A DNA stretch of 64,000 bases. It comes from Macrostomum lignano (Eukaryota). Location of the stretch: contig NIVC01000695.1 in NCBI GenBank assembly GCA_002269645.1, positions 310,001-374,000 on the forward strand, in the 5' to 3' direction. Position 1 is the first letter of the stretch. Every line of letters starts with the position of its first letter. Position numbers and translations under genes: made by a program. This document shows, piece after piece, positions 13,301-29,317 of this stretch. The notes below the pieces were generated by a model. It saw nothing but the letters and a program-made list of their open reading frames with translations, did no database searches and was not told the origin of the DNA.

Positions 13301-16300
13301 TATTCTGAAGATGATTGACTAGATTAGCAATCCACTCTATTCTAAATATGATTGGCTAGATTAGCAATCCACTCTATTCTAATATGATTGGCTAGATTAG
13401 CAATCCACTCTATTCTAAAGATGATTGGCTAGATTAGCAATCCACTCTATTCTAATATGATTGGCTAGATTAGCAATCCACTCTATTCTAAATATGATTG
13501 GCTAGATTAGCAATCCACTCTATTCTAAATATGATTGGCTAGATTAGCAATCCACTCTATTCTAAATATGATTGGCTAGATTAGCAATCCACTCTATTCT
13601 AAATATGATTGGCTAGATTAGCAATCCACTCTATTCTAAATGATTGGCTAGATTAGCAATCCACTCTATTCTAAATATGATTGGCTAGATTAGCAATCCA
13701 CTCTATTCTAAATATGATTGGCTAGATTAGCAATCCACTCTATTCTAAGATGATTGGCTAGATTAGCAATCCACTCTATTCTAAATATGATTGGCTAGAT
13801 TAGCAATCCACTCTATTCTGAAGATGATTGGCTAGATTAGCAATCCACTCTATTCTAAATATGATTGGCTAGATTAGCAATCCACTCTATTCTAAGATGA
13901 TTGACTAGATTAGCAATCCACTCTATTCTAAATATGATTGGCTAGATTAGCAATCCACTCTATTCTAAATATGATTGGCTAGATTAGCAATCCACTCTAT
14001 TCTAAATATGATTGGCTAGATTAGCAATCCACTCTATTCTAAATATGATTGGCTAGATTAGCAATCCACTCTATTCTAAATATGATTGGCTAGATTAGCA
14101 ATCCACTCTATTCTAAATATGATTGGCTAGATTAGCAATCCACTCTATTCTAAGATGATTGGCTAGATTAGCAATCCACTCTATTCTAAATATGATTGGC
14201 TAGATTAGCAATCCACTCTATTCTAAGATGATTGGCTAGATTAGCAATCCACTCTATTCTAAATATGATTGGCTAGATTAGCAATCCACTCTATTCTAAA
14301 TATGATTGGCTAGATTAGCAATCCACTCTATTCTAAATATGATTGGCTAGATTAGCAATCCACTCTATTCTAAATATGATTGGCTAGATTAGCAATCCAC
14401 TCTATTCTAAATATGATTGGCTAGATTAGCAATCCACTCTATTCTAAATATGATTGGCTAGATTAGCAATCCACTCTATTCTAAATATGATTGGCTAGAT
14501 TAGCAATCCACTCTATTCTAAATATGATTGGCTAGATTAGCAATCCACTCTATTCTAAATATGATTGGCTAGATTAGCAATCCACTCTATTCTAAATGAT
14601 TGGCTAGATTAGCAATCCACTCTATTCTAAATATGATTGGCTAGATTAGCAATCCACTCTATTCTAAATGATTGGCTAGATTAGCAATCCACTCTATTCT
14701 AAATATGATTGGCTAGATTAGCAATCCACTCTATTCTGAAGATGATTGACTAGATTAGCAATCCACTCTATTCTAAATATGATTGGCTAGATTAGCAATC
14801 CACTCTATTCTGAAGATGATTGGCTAGATTAGCAATCCACTCTATTCTAAATATGATTGGCTAGATTAGCAATCCACTCTATTCTAAATGATTGGCTAGA
14901 TTAGCAATCCACTCTATTCTAAATATGATTGGCTAGATTAGCAATCCACTCTATTCTAAATATGATTGGCTAGATTAGCAATCCACTCTATTCTAAGATG
15001 ATTGGCTAGATTAGCAATCCACTCTATTCTAAATATGATTGGCTAGATTAGCAATCCACTCTATTCTAAATATGATTGGCTAGATTAGCAATCCACTCTA
15101 TTCTAAATGATTGGCTAGATTAGCAATCCACTCTATTCTAAATATGATTGGCTAGATTAGCAATCCACTCTATTCTGAAGATGATTGACTAGATTAGCAA
15201 TCCACTCTATTCTAAATATGATTGGCTAGATTAGCAATCCACTCTATTCTAAGATGATTGGCTAGATTAGCAATCCACTCTATTCTAAATATGATTGGCT
15301 AGATTAGCAATCCACTCTATTCTAAATGATTGGCTAGATTAGCAATCCACTCTATTCTAAATATGATTGGCTAGATTAGCAATCCACTCTATTCTAAATA
15401 TGATTGGCTAGATTAGCAATCCACTCTATTCTAAATATGATTGGCTAGATTAGCAATCCACTCTATTCTAAATATGATTGGCTAGATTAGCAATCCACTC
15501 TATTCTAAATATGATTGGCTAGATTAGCAATCCACTCTATTCTAAATATGATTGGCTAGATTAGCAATCCACTCTATTCTAAATATGATTGGCTAGATTA
15601 GCAATCCACTCTATTCTAAATATGATTGGCTAGATTAGCAATCCACTCTATTCTAAATATGATTGGCTAGATTAGCAATCCACTCTATTCTAAGATGATT
15701 GGCTAGATTAGCAATCCACTCTATTCTAAATATGATTGGCTAGATTAGCAATCCACTCTATTCTAAGATGATTGGCTAGATTAGCAATCCACTCTATTCT
15801 AAATATGATTGGCTAGATTAGCAATCCACTCTATTCTAAGATGATTGGCTAGATTAGCAATCCACTCTATTCTAAATATGATTGGCTAGATTAGCAATCC
15901 ACTCTATTCTAAATATGATTGGCTAGATTAGCAATCCACTCTATTCTAAGATGATTGGCTAGATTAGCAATCCACTCTATTCTAAATATGATTGGCTAGA
16001 TTAGCAATCCACTCTATTCTAAATGATTGGCTAGATTAGCAATCCACTCTATTCTAAATATGATTGGCTAGATTAGCAATCCACTCTATTCTGAAGATGA
16101 TTGACTAGATTAGCAATCCACTCTATTCTAAATATGATTGGCTAGATTAGCAATCCACTCTATTCTGAAGATGATTGGCTAGATTAGCAATCCACTCTAT
16201 TCTAAATATGATTGGCTAGATTAGCAATCCACTCTATTCTAAATATGATTGGCTAGATTAGCAATCCACTCTATTCTAAATGATTGGCTAGATTAGCAAT

Positions 16301-19300
16301 CCACTCTATTCTAAATATGATTGGCTAGATTAGCAATCCACTCTATTCTGAAGATGATTGGCTAGATTAGCAATCCACTCTATTCTAAATATGATTGGCT
16401 AGATTAGCAATCCACTCTATTCTAAGATGATTGGCTAGATTAGCAATCCACTCTATTCTAAATATGATTGGCTAGATTAGCAATCCACTCTATTCTAAGA
16501 TGATTGGCTAGATTAGCAATCCACTCTATTCTAAATATGATTGGCTAGATTAGCAATCCACTCTATTCTAAATATGATTGGCTAGATTAGCAATCCACTC
16601 TATTCTAAATGATTGGCTAGATTAGCAATCCACTCTATTCTAAATATGATTGGCTAGATTAGCAATCCACTCTATTCTAAGATGATTGGCTAGATTAGCA
16701 ATCCACTCTATTCTAAATATGATTGGCTAGATTAGCAATCCACTCTATTCTAAATATGATTGGCTAGATTAGCAATCCACTCTATTCTAAATGATTGGCT
16801 AGATTAGCAATCCACTCTATTCTAAATATGATTGGCTAGATTAGCAATCCACTCTATTCTAAATGATTGGCTAGATTAGCAATCCACTCTATTCTAAATA
16901 TGATTGGCTAGATTAGCAATCCACTCTATTCTAATATGATTGGCTAGATTAGCAATCCACTCTATTCTAAATATGATTGGCTAGATTAGCAATCCACTCT
17001 ATTCTAATATGATTGGCTAGATTAGCAATCCACTCTATTCTAAATATGATTGGCTAGATTAGCAATCCACTCTATTCTAAGATGATTGGCTAGATTAGCA
17101 ATCCACTCTATTCTAAATATGATTGGCTAGATTAGCAATCCACTCTATTCTAAATGATTGGCTAGATTAGCAATCCACTCTATTCTAAATATGATTGGCT
17201 AGATTAGCAATCCACTCTATTCTAATATGATTGGCTAGATTAGCAATCCACTCTATTCTAAATATGATTGGCTAGATTAGCAATCCACTCTATTCTAAAT
17301 GATTGGCTAGATTAGCAATCCACTCTATTCTAAATATGATTGGCTAGATTAGCAATCCACTCTATTCTAAATGATTGGCTAGATTAGCAATCCACTCTAT
17401 TCTAAATATGATTGGCTAGATTAGCAATCCACTCTATTCTAAATGATTGGCTAGATTAGCAATCCACTCTATTCTAAATATGATTGGCTAGATTAGCAAT
17501 CCACTCTATTCTAAATATGATTGGCTAGATTAGCAATCCACTCTATTCTAAATATGATTGGCTAGATTAGCAATCCACTCTATTCTAAATGATTGGCTAG
17601 ATTAGCAATCCACTCTATTCTAAATATGATTGGCTAGATTAGCAATCCACTCTATTCTAAATGATTGGCTAGATTAGCAATCCACTCTATTCTAAATGAT
17701 TGGCTAGATTAGCAATCCACTCTATTCTAAATGATTGGCTAGATTAGCAATCCACTCTATTCTAAATGATTGACTAGATTAGCAATCCACTCTATTCTAA
17801 ATATGATTGGCTAGATTAGCAATCCACTCTATTCTAAATATGATTGGCTAGATTAGCAATCCACTCTATTCTAAATATGATTGGCTAGATTAGCAATCCA
17901 CTCTATTCTAAATATGATTGGCTAGATTAGCAATCCACTCTATTCTAAATGATTGGCTAGATTAGCAATCCACTCTATTCTAAATATGATTGGCTAGATT
18001 AGCAATCCACTCTATTCTAAATGATTGGCTAGATTAGCAATCCACTCTATTCTAAATATGATTGGCTAGATTAGCAATCCACTCTATTCTAAATATGATT
18101 GGCTAGATTAGCAATCCACTCTATTCTAAATATGATTGGCTAGATTAGCAATCCACTCTATTCTAAATATGATTGGCTAGATTAGCAATCCACTCTATTC
18201 TAAATATGATTGGCTAGATTAGCAATCCACTCTATTCTAAATATGATTGGCTAGATTAGCAATCCACTCTATTCTAAATATGATTGGCTAGATTAGCAAT
18301 CCACTCTATTCTAAATATTGGCTAGATTAGCAATCCACTCTATTCTAAATGATTGGCTAGATTAGCAATCCACTCTATTCTAAATATGATTGGCTAGATT
18401 AGCAATCCACTCTATTCTAAATATGATTGGCTAGATTAGCAATCCACTCTATTCTGAAGATGATTGGCTAGATTAGCAATCCACTCTATTCTAAATATGA
18501 TTGGCTAGATTAGCAATCCACTCTATTCTAAATGATTGGCTAGATTAGCAATCCACTCTATTCTAAATATGATTGGCTAGATTAGCAATCCACTCTATTC
18601 TAAATGATTGGCTAGATTAGCAATCCACTCTATTCTAATATGATTGGCTAGATTAGCAATCCACTCTATTCTAAATATGATTGGCTAGATTAGCAATCCA
18701 CTCTATTCTAAATATGATTGGCTAGATTAGCAATCCACTCTATTCTAAATGATTGGCTAGATTAGCAATCCACTCTATTCTAAATATGATTGGCTAGATT
18801 AGCAATCCACTCTATTCTAAATATGATTGGCTAGATTAGCAATCCACTCTATTCTAAGATGATTGGCTAGATTAGCAATCCACTCTATTCTAAATATGAT
18901 TGGCTAGATTAGCAATCCACTCTATTCTAAATGATTGGCTAGATTAGCAATCCACTCTATTCTAAATATGATTGGCTAGATTAGCAATCCACTCTATTCT
19001 AAATATGATTGGCTAGATTAGCAATCCACTCTATTCTAAATATGATTGGCTAGATTAGCAATCCACTCTATTCTAAATATGATTGGCTAGATTAGCAATC
19101 CACTCTATTCTAAATATGATTGGCTAGATTAGCAATCCACTCTATTCTAAATATGATTGGCTAGATTAGCAATCCACTCTATTCTAAATATGATTGGCTA
19201 GATTAGCAATCCACTCTATTCTAAATGATTGGCTAGATTAGCAATCCACTCTATTCTAAATGATTGGCTAGATTAGCAATCCACTCTATTCTAAATATGA

Positions 19301-22300
19301 TTGGCTAGATTAGCAATCCACTCTATTCTAAATATGATTGGCTAGATTAGCAATCCACTCTATTCTAAGATGATTGGCTAGATTAGCAATCCACTCTATT
19401 CTAAATATGATTGGCTAGATTAGCAATCCACTCTATTCTGAAGATGATTGGCTAGATTAGCAATCCACTCTATTCTAAATATGATTGGCTAGATTAGCAA
19501 TCCACTCTATTCTGAAGATGATTGGCTAGATTAGCAATCCACTCTATTCTAAATATGATTGGCTAGATTAGCAATCCACTCTATTCTAAATGATTGGCTA
19601 GATTAGCAATCCACTCTATTCTAAATATGATTGGCTAGATTAGCAATCCACTCTATTCTAAATATGATTGGCTAGATTAGCAATCCACTCTATTCTAAAT
19701 GATTGGCTAGATTAGCAATCCACTCTATTCTAAATATGATTGGCTAGATTAGCAATCCACTCTATTCTAAATATGATTGGCTAGATTAGCAATCCACTCT
19801 ATTCTAAGATGATTGGCTAGATTAGCAATCCACTCTATTCTAAATATGATTGGCTAGATTAGCAATCCACTCTATTCTAAGATGATTGGCTAGATTAGCA
19901 ATCCACTCTATTCTAAATATGATTGGCTAGATTAGCAATCCACTCTATTCTAAATGATTGGCTAGATTAGCAATCCACTCTATTCTAAATATGATTGGCT
20001 AGATTAGCAATCCACTCTATTCTAATATGATTGGCTAGATTAGCAATCCACTCTATTCTAAATATGATTGGCTAGATTAGCAATCCACTCTATTCTAAAT
20101 ATGATTGGCTAGATTAGCAATCCACTCTATTCTAAATATGATTGGCTAGATTAGCAATCCACTCTATTCTAAATATGATTGGCTAGATTAGCAATCCACT
20201 CTATTCTAAATATGATTGGCTAGATTAGCAATCCACTCTATTCTAAATATTGGCTAGATTAGCAATCCACTCTATTCTAAATGATTGGCTAGATTAGCAA
20301 TCCACTCTATTCTAATATGATTGGCTAGATTAGCAATCCACTCTATTCTAAATATGATTGGCTAGATTAGCAATCCACTCTATTCTAAGATGATTGGCTA
20401 GATTAGCAATCCACTCTATTCTAAATATGATTGGCTAGATTAGCAATCCACTCTATTCTAAGATGATTGGCTAGATTAGCAATCCACTCTATTCTAAATA
20501 TGATTGGCTAGATTAGCAATCCACTCTATTCTAAGATGATTGGCTAGATTAGCAATCCACTCTATTCTAAATATGATTGGCTAGATTAGCAATCCACTCT
20601 ATTCTAAATATGATTGGCTAGATTAGCAATCCACTCTATTCTAAATGATTGGCTAGATTAGCAATCCACTCTATTCTAAATATGATTGGCTAGATTAGCA
20701 ATCCACTCTATTCTAAATGATTGGCTAGATTAGCAATCCACTCTATTCTAAATATGATTGGCTAGATTAGCAATCCACTCTATTCTAAGATGATTGGCTA
20801 GATTAGCAATCCACTCTATTCTAAATATGATTGGCTAGATTAGCAATCCACTCTATTCTAAGATGATTGGCTAGATTAGCAATCCACTCTATTCTAAATA
20901 TGATTGGCTAGATTAGCAATCCACTCTATTCTAAATATGATTGGCTAGATTAGCAATCCACTCTATTCTAAATGATTGGCTAGATTAGCAATCCACTCTA
21001 TTCTAAATATGATTGGCTAGATTAGCAATCCACTCTATTCTAAATGATTGGCTAGATTAGCAATCCACTCTATTCTAAATATGATTGGCTAGATTAGCAA
21101 TCCACTCTATTCTAAATATGATTGGCTAGATTAGCAATCCACTCTATTCTAAATATGATTGGCTAGATTAGCAATCCACTCTATTCTAAATATGATTGGC
21201 TAGATTAGCAATCCACTCTATTCTAAATGATTGGCTAGATTAGCAATCCACTCTATTCTAAATATGATTGGCTAGATTAGCAATCCACTCTATTCTAAAT
21301 ATGATTGGCTAGATTAGCAATCCACTCTATTCTAAATATGATTGGCTAGATTAGCAATCCACTCTATTCTGAAGATGATTGGCTAGATTAGCAATCCACT
21401 CTATTCTAAATATGATTGGCTAGATTAGCAATCCACTCTATTCTAAGATGATTGGCTAGATTAGCAATCCACTCTATTCTAAATATGATTGGCTAGATTA
21501 GCAATCCACTCTATTCTAAATGATTGGCTAGATTAGCAATCCACTCTATTCTAAATATGATTGGCTAGATTAGCAATCCACTCTATTCTAAATATGATTG
21601 GCTAGATTAGCAATCCACTCTATTCTGAAGATGATTGGCTAGATTAGCAATCCACTCTATTCTAAATATGATTGGCTAGATTAGCAATCCACTCTATTCT
21701 AAATGATTGGCTAGATTAGCAATCCACTCTATTCTAAATATGATTGGCTAGATTAGCAATCCACTCTATTCTAAATATGATTGGCTAGATTAGCAATCCA
21801 CTCTATTCTAAGATGATTGGCTAGATTAGCAATCCACTCTATTCTAAATATGATTGGCTAGATTAGCAATCCACTCTATTCTAAATGATTGGCTAGATTA
21901 GCAATCCACTCTATTCTAAATATGATTGGCTAGATTAGCAATCCACTCTATTCTAAATATGATTGGCTAGATTAGCAATCCACTCTATTCTAAATGATTG
22001 GCTAGATTAGCAATCCACTCTATTCTAAATATGATTGGCTAGATTAGCAATCCACTCTATTCTAAATGATTGGCTAGATTAGCAATCCACTCTATTCTAA
22101 ATATGATTGGCTAGATTAGCAATCCACTCTATTCTAATATGATTGGCTAGATTAGCAATCCACTCTATTCTAAATGATTGGCTAGATTAGCAATCCACTC
22201 TATTCTAAATGATTGGCTAGATTAGCAATCCACTCTATTCTAATATGATTGGCTAGATTAGCAATCCACTCTATTCTAAATATGATTGGCTAGATTAGCA

Positions 22301-25300
22301 ATCCACTCTATTCTGAAGATGATTGGCTAGATTAGCAATCCACTCTATTCTAAATATGATTGGCTAGATTAGCAATCCACTCTATTCTAAGATGATTGGC
22401 TAGATTAGCAATCCACTCTATTCTAAATATGATTGGCTAGATTAGCAATCCACTCTATTCTAAGATGATTGACTAGATTAGCAATCCACTCTATTCTAAA
22501 TATGATTGGCTAGATTAGCAATCCACTCTATTCTAATATGATTGGCTAGATTAGCAATCCACTCTATTCTAAATATGATTGGCTAGATTAGCAATCCACT
22601 CTATTCTAAATATGATTGGCTAGATTAGCAATCCACTCTATTCTAAATGATTGGCTAGATTAGCAATCCACTCTATTCTAAATATGATTGGCTAGATTAG
22701 CAATCCACTCTATTCTAAGATGATTGGCTAGATTAGCAATCCACTCTATTCTAAATATGATTGGCTAGATTAGCAATCCACTCTATTCTAATATGATTGG
22801 CTAGATTAGCAATCCACTCTATTCTAAATATGATTGGCTAGATTAGCAATCCACTCTATTCTAATATGATTGGCTAGATTAGCAATCCACTCTATTCTAA
22901 ATGATTGGCTAGATTAGCAATCCACTCTATTCTAAATGATTGGCTAGATTAGCAATCCACTCTATTCTAATATGATTGGCTAGATTAGCAATCCACTCTA
23001 TTCTAAATATGATTGGCTAGATTAGCAATCCACTCTATTCTGAAGATGATTGGCTAGATTAGCAATCCACTCTATTCTAAATATGATTGGCTAGATTAGC
23101 AATCCACTCTATTCTAAATGATTGGCTAGATTAGCAATCCACTCTATTCTAAATATGATTGGCTAGATTAGCAATCCACTCTATTCTAAATGATTGGCTA
23201 GATTAGCAATCCACTCTATTCTAATATGATTGGCTAGATTAGCAATCCACTCTAATATGATTGGCTAGATTAGCAATCCACTCTATTCTGAAGATGATTG
23301 ACTAGATTAGCAATCCACTCTATTCTAAATATGATTGGCTAGATTAGCAATCCACTCTATTCTGAAGATGATTGGCTAGATTAGCAATCCACTCTATTCT
23401 AAATATGATTGGCTAGATTAGCAATCCACTCTATTCTAAATATGATTGGCTAGATTAGCAATCCACTCTATTCTGAAGATGATTGACTAGATTAGCAATC
23501 CACTCTATTCTAAATATGATTGGCTAGATTAGCAATCCACTCTATTCTGAAGATGATTGGCTAGATTAGCAATCCACTCTATTCTAAATATGATTGGCTA
23601 GATTAGCAATCCACTCTATTCTAAATATGATTGGCTAGATTAGCAATCCACTCTATTCTGAAGATGATTGACTAGATTAGCAATCCACTCTATTCTAAAT
23701 ATGATTGGCTAGATTAGCAATCCACTCTATTCTGAAGATGATTGACTAGATTAGCAATCCACTCTATTCTAAATATGATTGGCTAGATTAGCAATCCACT
23801 CTATTCTAATATGATTGGCTAGATTAGCAATCCACTCTATTCTAAATGATTGGCTAGATTAGCAATCCACTCTATTCTAAGATGATTGGCTAGATTAGCA
23901 ATCCACTCTATTCTAAATATGATTGGCTAGATTAGCAATCCACTCTATTCTAAATATGATTGGCTAGATTAGCAATCCACTCTATTCTGAAGATGATTGA
24001 CTAGATTAGCAATCCACTCTATTCTAAATATGATTGGCTAGATTAGCAATCCACTCTATTCTGAAGATGATTGACTAGATTAGCAATCCACTCTATTCTA
24101 AATATGATTGGCTAGATTAGCAATCCACTCTATTCTGAAGATGATTGGCTAGATTAGCAATCCACTCTATTCTAAATATGATTGGCTAGATTAGCAATCC
24201 ACTCTATTCTAATATGATTGGCTAGATTAGCAATCCACTCTATTCTAATATGATTGGCTAGATTAGCAATCCACTCTATTCTAAATATGATTGGCTAGAT
24301 TAGCAATCCACTCTATTCTGAAGATGATTGACTAGATTAGCAATCCACTCTATTCTAAATATGATTGGCTAGATTAGCAATCCACTCTATTCTGAAGATG
24401 ATTGGCTAGATTAGCAATCCACTCTATTCTAAATATGATTGGCTAGATTAGCAATCCACTCTATTCTAATATGATTGGCTAGATTAGCAATCCACTCTAT
24501 TCTAAGATGATTGGCTAGATTAGCAATCCACTCTATTCTAAATGATTGGCTAGATTAGCAATCCACTCTATTCTAATATGATTGGCTAGATTAGCAATCC
24601 ACTCTATTCTAAATATGATTGGCTAGATTAGCAATCCACTCTATTCTGAAGATGATTGACTAGATTAGCAATCCACTCTATTCTAAATATGATTGGCTAG
24701 ATTAGCAATCCACTCTATTCTGAAGATGATTGACTAGATTAGCAATCCACTCTATTCTAAATATGATTGGCTAGATTAGCAATCCACTCTATTCTGAAGA
24801 TGATTGGCTAGATTAGCAATCCACTCTATTCTAAATATGATTGGCTAGATTAGCAATCCACTCTATTCTAATATGATTGGCTAGATTAGCAATCCACTCT
24901 ATTCTGAATATGATTGGCTAGATTAGCAATCCACTCTATTCTAAATATGATTGGCTAGATTAGCAATCCACTCTATTCTGAAGATGATTGACTAGATTAG
25001 CAATCCACTCTATTCTAAATATGATTGGCTAGATTAGCAATCCACTCTATTCTGATGATTGGCTAGATTAGCAATCCACTCTATTCTAAATATGATTGGC
25101 TAGATTAGCAATCCACTCTATTCTAAGATGATTGGCTAGATTAGCAATCCACTCTATTCTAATATGATTGGCTAGATTAGCAATCCACTCTATTCTAATA
25201 TGATTGGCTAGATTAGCAATCCACTCTATTCTAAATATGATTGGCTAGATTAGCAATCCACTCTATTCTAAATATGATTGGCTAGATTAGCAATCCACTC

Positions 25301-28300
25301 TATTCTGAAGATGATTGACTAGATTAGCAATCCACTCTATTCTAAATATGATTGGCTAGATTAGCAATCCACTCTATTCTAAATATGATTGGCTAGATTA
25401 GCAATCCACTCTATTCTGAAGATGATTGACTAGATTAGCAATCCACTCTATTCTAAATATGATTGGCTAGATTAGCAATCCACTCTATTCTGAAGATGAT
25501 TGGCTAGATTAGCAATCCACTCTATTCTAAATATGATTGGCTAGATTAGCAATCCACTCTATTCTAAATATGATTGGCTAGATTAGCAATCCACTCTATT
25601 CTGAAGATGATTGACTAGATTAGCAATCCACTCTATTCTAAATATGATTGGCTAGATTAGCAATCCACTCTATTCTGAAGATGATTGTAGATTAGCAATC
25701 CACTCTATTCTAAATATGATTGGCTAGATTAGCAATCCACTCTATTCTCAATATGATTGGCTAGATTAGCAATCCACTCTATTCTAAAATGATTGGCTAG
25801 ATTAGCAATCCACTCTATTCTGAAGATGATTGACTAGATTAGCAATCCACTCTATTCTAAATATGATTGGCTAGATTAGCAATCCACTCTATTCTGAAGA
25901 TGATTGACTAGATTAGCAATCCACTCTATTCTAAATATGATTGGCTAGATTAGCAATCCACTCTATTCTAAATATGATTGGCTAGATTAGCAATCCACTC
26001 TATTCTGAAGATGATTGACTAGATTAGCAATCCACTCTATTCTAAATATGATTGGCTAGATTAGCAATCCACTCTATTCTGAAGATGATTGACTAGATTA
26101 GCAATCCACTCTATTCTAAATATGATTGGCTAGATTAGCAATCCACTCTATTCTCAATATGATTGGCTAGATTAGCAATCCACTCTATTCTAAAGATGAT
26201 TGGCTAGATTAGCAATCCACTCTATTCTCAATATGATTGGCTAGATTAGCAATCCACTCTATTCTGAAGATGATTGAGTAGATTAGCAATCCACTCTATT
26301 CTAAATATGATTGGCTAGATTAGCAATCCACTCTATTCTAAATATGATTGGCTAGATTAGCAATCCACTCTATTCTGAAGATAATTGACTAGATTAGCAA
26401 TCCACTCTATTCTGAAGATGATTGACTAGATTAGCAATCCACTCTATTCTCAATATGATTGGCTAGATTAGCAATCCACTCTATTCTGAAGATGATTGAC
26501 TAGATTAGCAATCCACTCTATTCTAAATATGATTGACTAGATTAGCAATCCACTTTATTCTAAATATGATTGGCTAGATTAGCAATCCACTCTATTCTGA
26601 AGATGATTGGCTAGATTAGCAATCCACTCTATTCTAAATATGATTGGCTAGATTAGCAATCCACTCTATTCTAAATATGATTGGCTAGATTAGCAATCCA
26701 CTCTATTCTCAATATGATTGGCTAGATTAGCAATCCACTCTATTATAAATATGATTGGCTAGATTAGCAATCCACTCTATTCTCAATATGATTGGCTAGA
26801 TTAGCAATCCACTCTATTCTCAAGATGATTGGCTAGATTAGCAATCCACTCTATTCTGAAGATGATTGACTAGATTAGCAATCCACTCTATTCTAAATAT
26901 GATTGGCTAGATTAGCAATCCACTCTATTCTAAATATGATTGGCTAGATTAGCAATCCACTCTATTCTGAAGATGATTGACTAGATTAGCAATCCACTTA
27001 TTCTAAATATGATTGGCTAGATTAGCAATCCACTCTATTCTGAAGATGATTGAGTAGATTAGCAATCCACTCTATTCTAAATATGATTGGCTAGATTAGC
27101 AATCCACTCTATTCTAAATATGATTGGCTAGATTAGCAATCCACTCTATTCTGAAGATGATTGACTAGATTAGCAATCCACTTATTCTAAATATGATTGG
27201 CTAGATTAGCAATCCACTCTATTCTGAAGATGATTGACTAGATTAGCAATCCACTCTATTCTAAATATGATTGGCTAGATTAGCAATCCACTCTATTCTC
27301 AATATGATTGGCTAGATTAGCAATCCACTCTATTCTCAAGATGATTGGCTAGATTAGCAATCCACTCTATTCTCAAGATGATTGGCTAGATTAGCAATCC
27401 ACTCTATTCTCAATATGATTGGCTAGATTAGCAATCCACTCTATTCTAAATATGATTGGCTAGATTAGCAATCCACTCTATTCTCAAGATGATTGGCTAG
27501 ATTAGCAATCCACTCTATTCTCAATATGATTGGCTAGATTAGCAATCCACTCTATTCTAAATATGATTGGCTAGATTAGCAATCCACTCTATTCTAAATA
27601 TGATTGGCTAGATTAGCAATCCACTCTATTCTGAAGATAATTGACTAGATTAGCAATCCACTCTATTCTCAAGATGATTGGCTAGATTAGCAATCCACTC
27701 TATTCTCAATATGATTGGCTAGATTAGCAATCCACTCTATTATAAATATGATTGGCTAGATTAGCAATCCACTCTATTCTGAAGATGATTGACTAGATTA
27801 GCAATCCACTTATTCTAAATATGATTGGCTAGATTAGCAATCCACTCTATTCTGAAGATGATTGAGTAGATTAGCAATCCACTCTATTCTAAATATGATT
27901 GGCTAGATTAGCAATCCACTCTATTCTCAAGATGATTGGCTAGATTAGCAATCCACTCTATTCTCAATATGATTGGCTAGATTAGCAATCCACTCTATTA
28001 TAAATATGATTGGCTAGATTAGCAATCCACTCTATTCTGAAGATGATTGAGTAGATTAGCAATCCACTCTATTCTAAATATGATTGGCTAGATTAGCAAT
28101 CCACTCTATTCTCAATATGATTGGCTAGATTAGCAATCCACTCTATTCTCAATATGATTGGCTAGATTAGCAATCCACTCTATTCTAAATATGATTGGCT
28201 AGATTAGCAATCCACTCTATTCTGAAGATGATTGACTAGATTAGCAATCCACTTTATTCTAAATATGATTGGCTAGATTAGCAATCCACTCTATTCTGAA

Positions 28301-29051
28301 GATGATTGACTAGATTAGCAATCCACTCTATTCTAAATATGATTGGCTAGATTAGCAATCCACTCTATTCTCAAGATGATTGGCTAGATTAGCAATCCAC
28401 TCTATTCTCAATATGATTGGCTAGATTAGCAATCCACTCTATTCTAAATATGATTGGCTAGATTAGCAATCCACTCTATTCTAAATATGATTGGCTAGAT
28501 TAGCAATCCACTCTATTCTAAATATGATTGGCTAGATTAGCAATCCACTCTATTCTGAAGATGATTGACTAGATTAGCAATCCACTCTATTCTAAATATG
28601 ATTGGCTAGATTAGCAATCCACTCTATTCTAAATATGATTGGCTAGATTAGCAATCCACTCTATTCTGAAGATGATTGACTAGATTAGCAATCCACTTTA
28701 TTCTAAATATGATTGGCTAGATTAGCAATCCACTCTATTCTGAAGATGATTGAGTAGATTAGCAATCCACTCTATTCTAAATATGATTGGCTAGATTAGC
28801 AATCCACTCTATTCTAAATATGATTGGCTAGATTAGCAATCCACTCTATTCTGAAGATGATTGACTAGATTAGCAATCCACTTTATTCTAAATATGATTG
28901 GCTAGATTAGCAATCCACTCTATTCTGAAGATGATTAAGTAGATTAGCAATCCACTCTATTCTAAATATGATTGGCTAGATTAGCAATCCACTCTATTCT
29001 CAATATGATTGGCTAGATTAGCAATCCACTTTATTCTAAATATGATTGGCT

Positions 29052-29317
29052 CATACATGCGCAACTGCTGGCCGACCTGGCCGATCTGGCCACCGTAAAT
29101 TGTGGTGGACCAGGGGTAAGTCGCAAAAATGCCTAGCCTATAGAATACAGACATAGTACTAATTAGATGACGAGGCATTTAGCCCTTATAAGACAGTCAT
29201 AGTTACTCCTGCCGTTTACCCAAAATTGCATTAGGGTTTCTTTTACAGGTAAGTCGCATTTTTGGTCAAAAAGTAAGTTGCATGGCCAGTGTAAATCAGG
29301 GGGGTTGCGCATGTATG
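29052..29317. mobile_element. 266-bp MITE inserted in the satellite, copy 1
   Basis: Perfect 14-bp TIRs CATACATGCGCAAC / GTTGCGCATGTATG; 9-bp duplication TGATTGGCT on both sides (29043-29051, 29318-29326). Confidence 0.9.
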
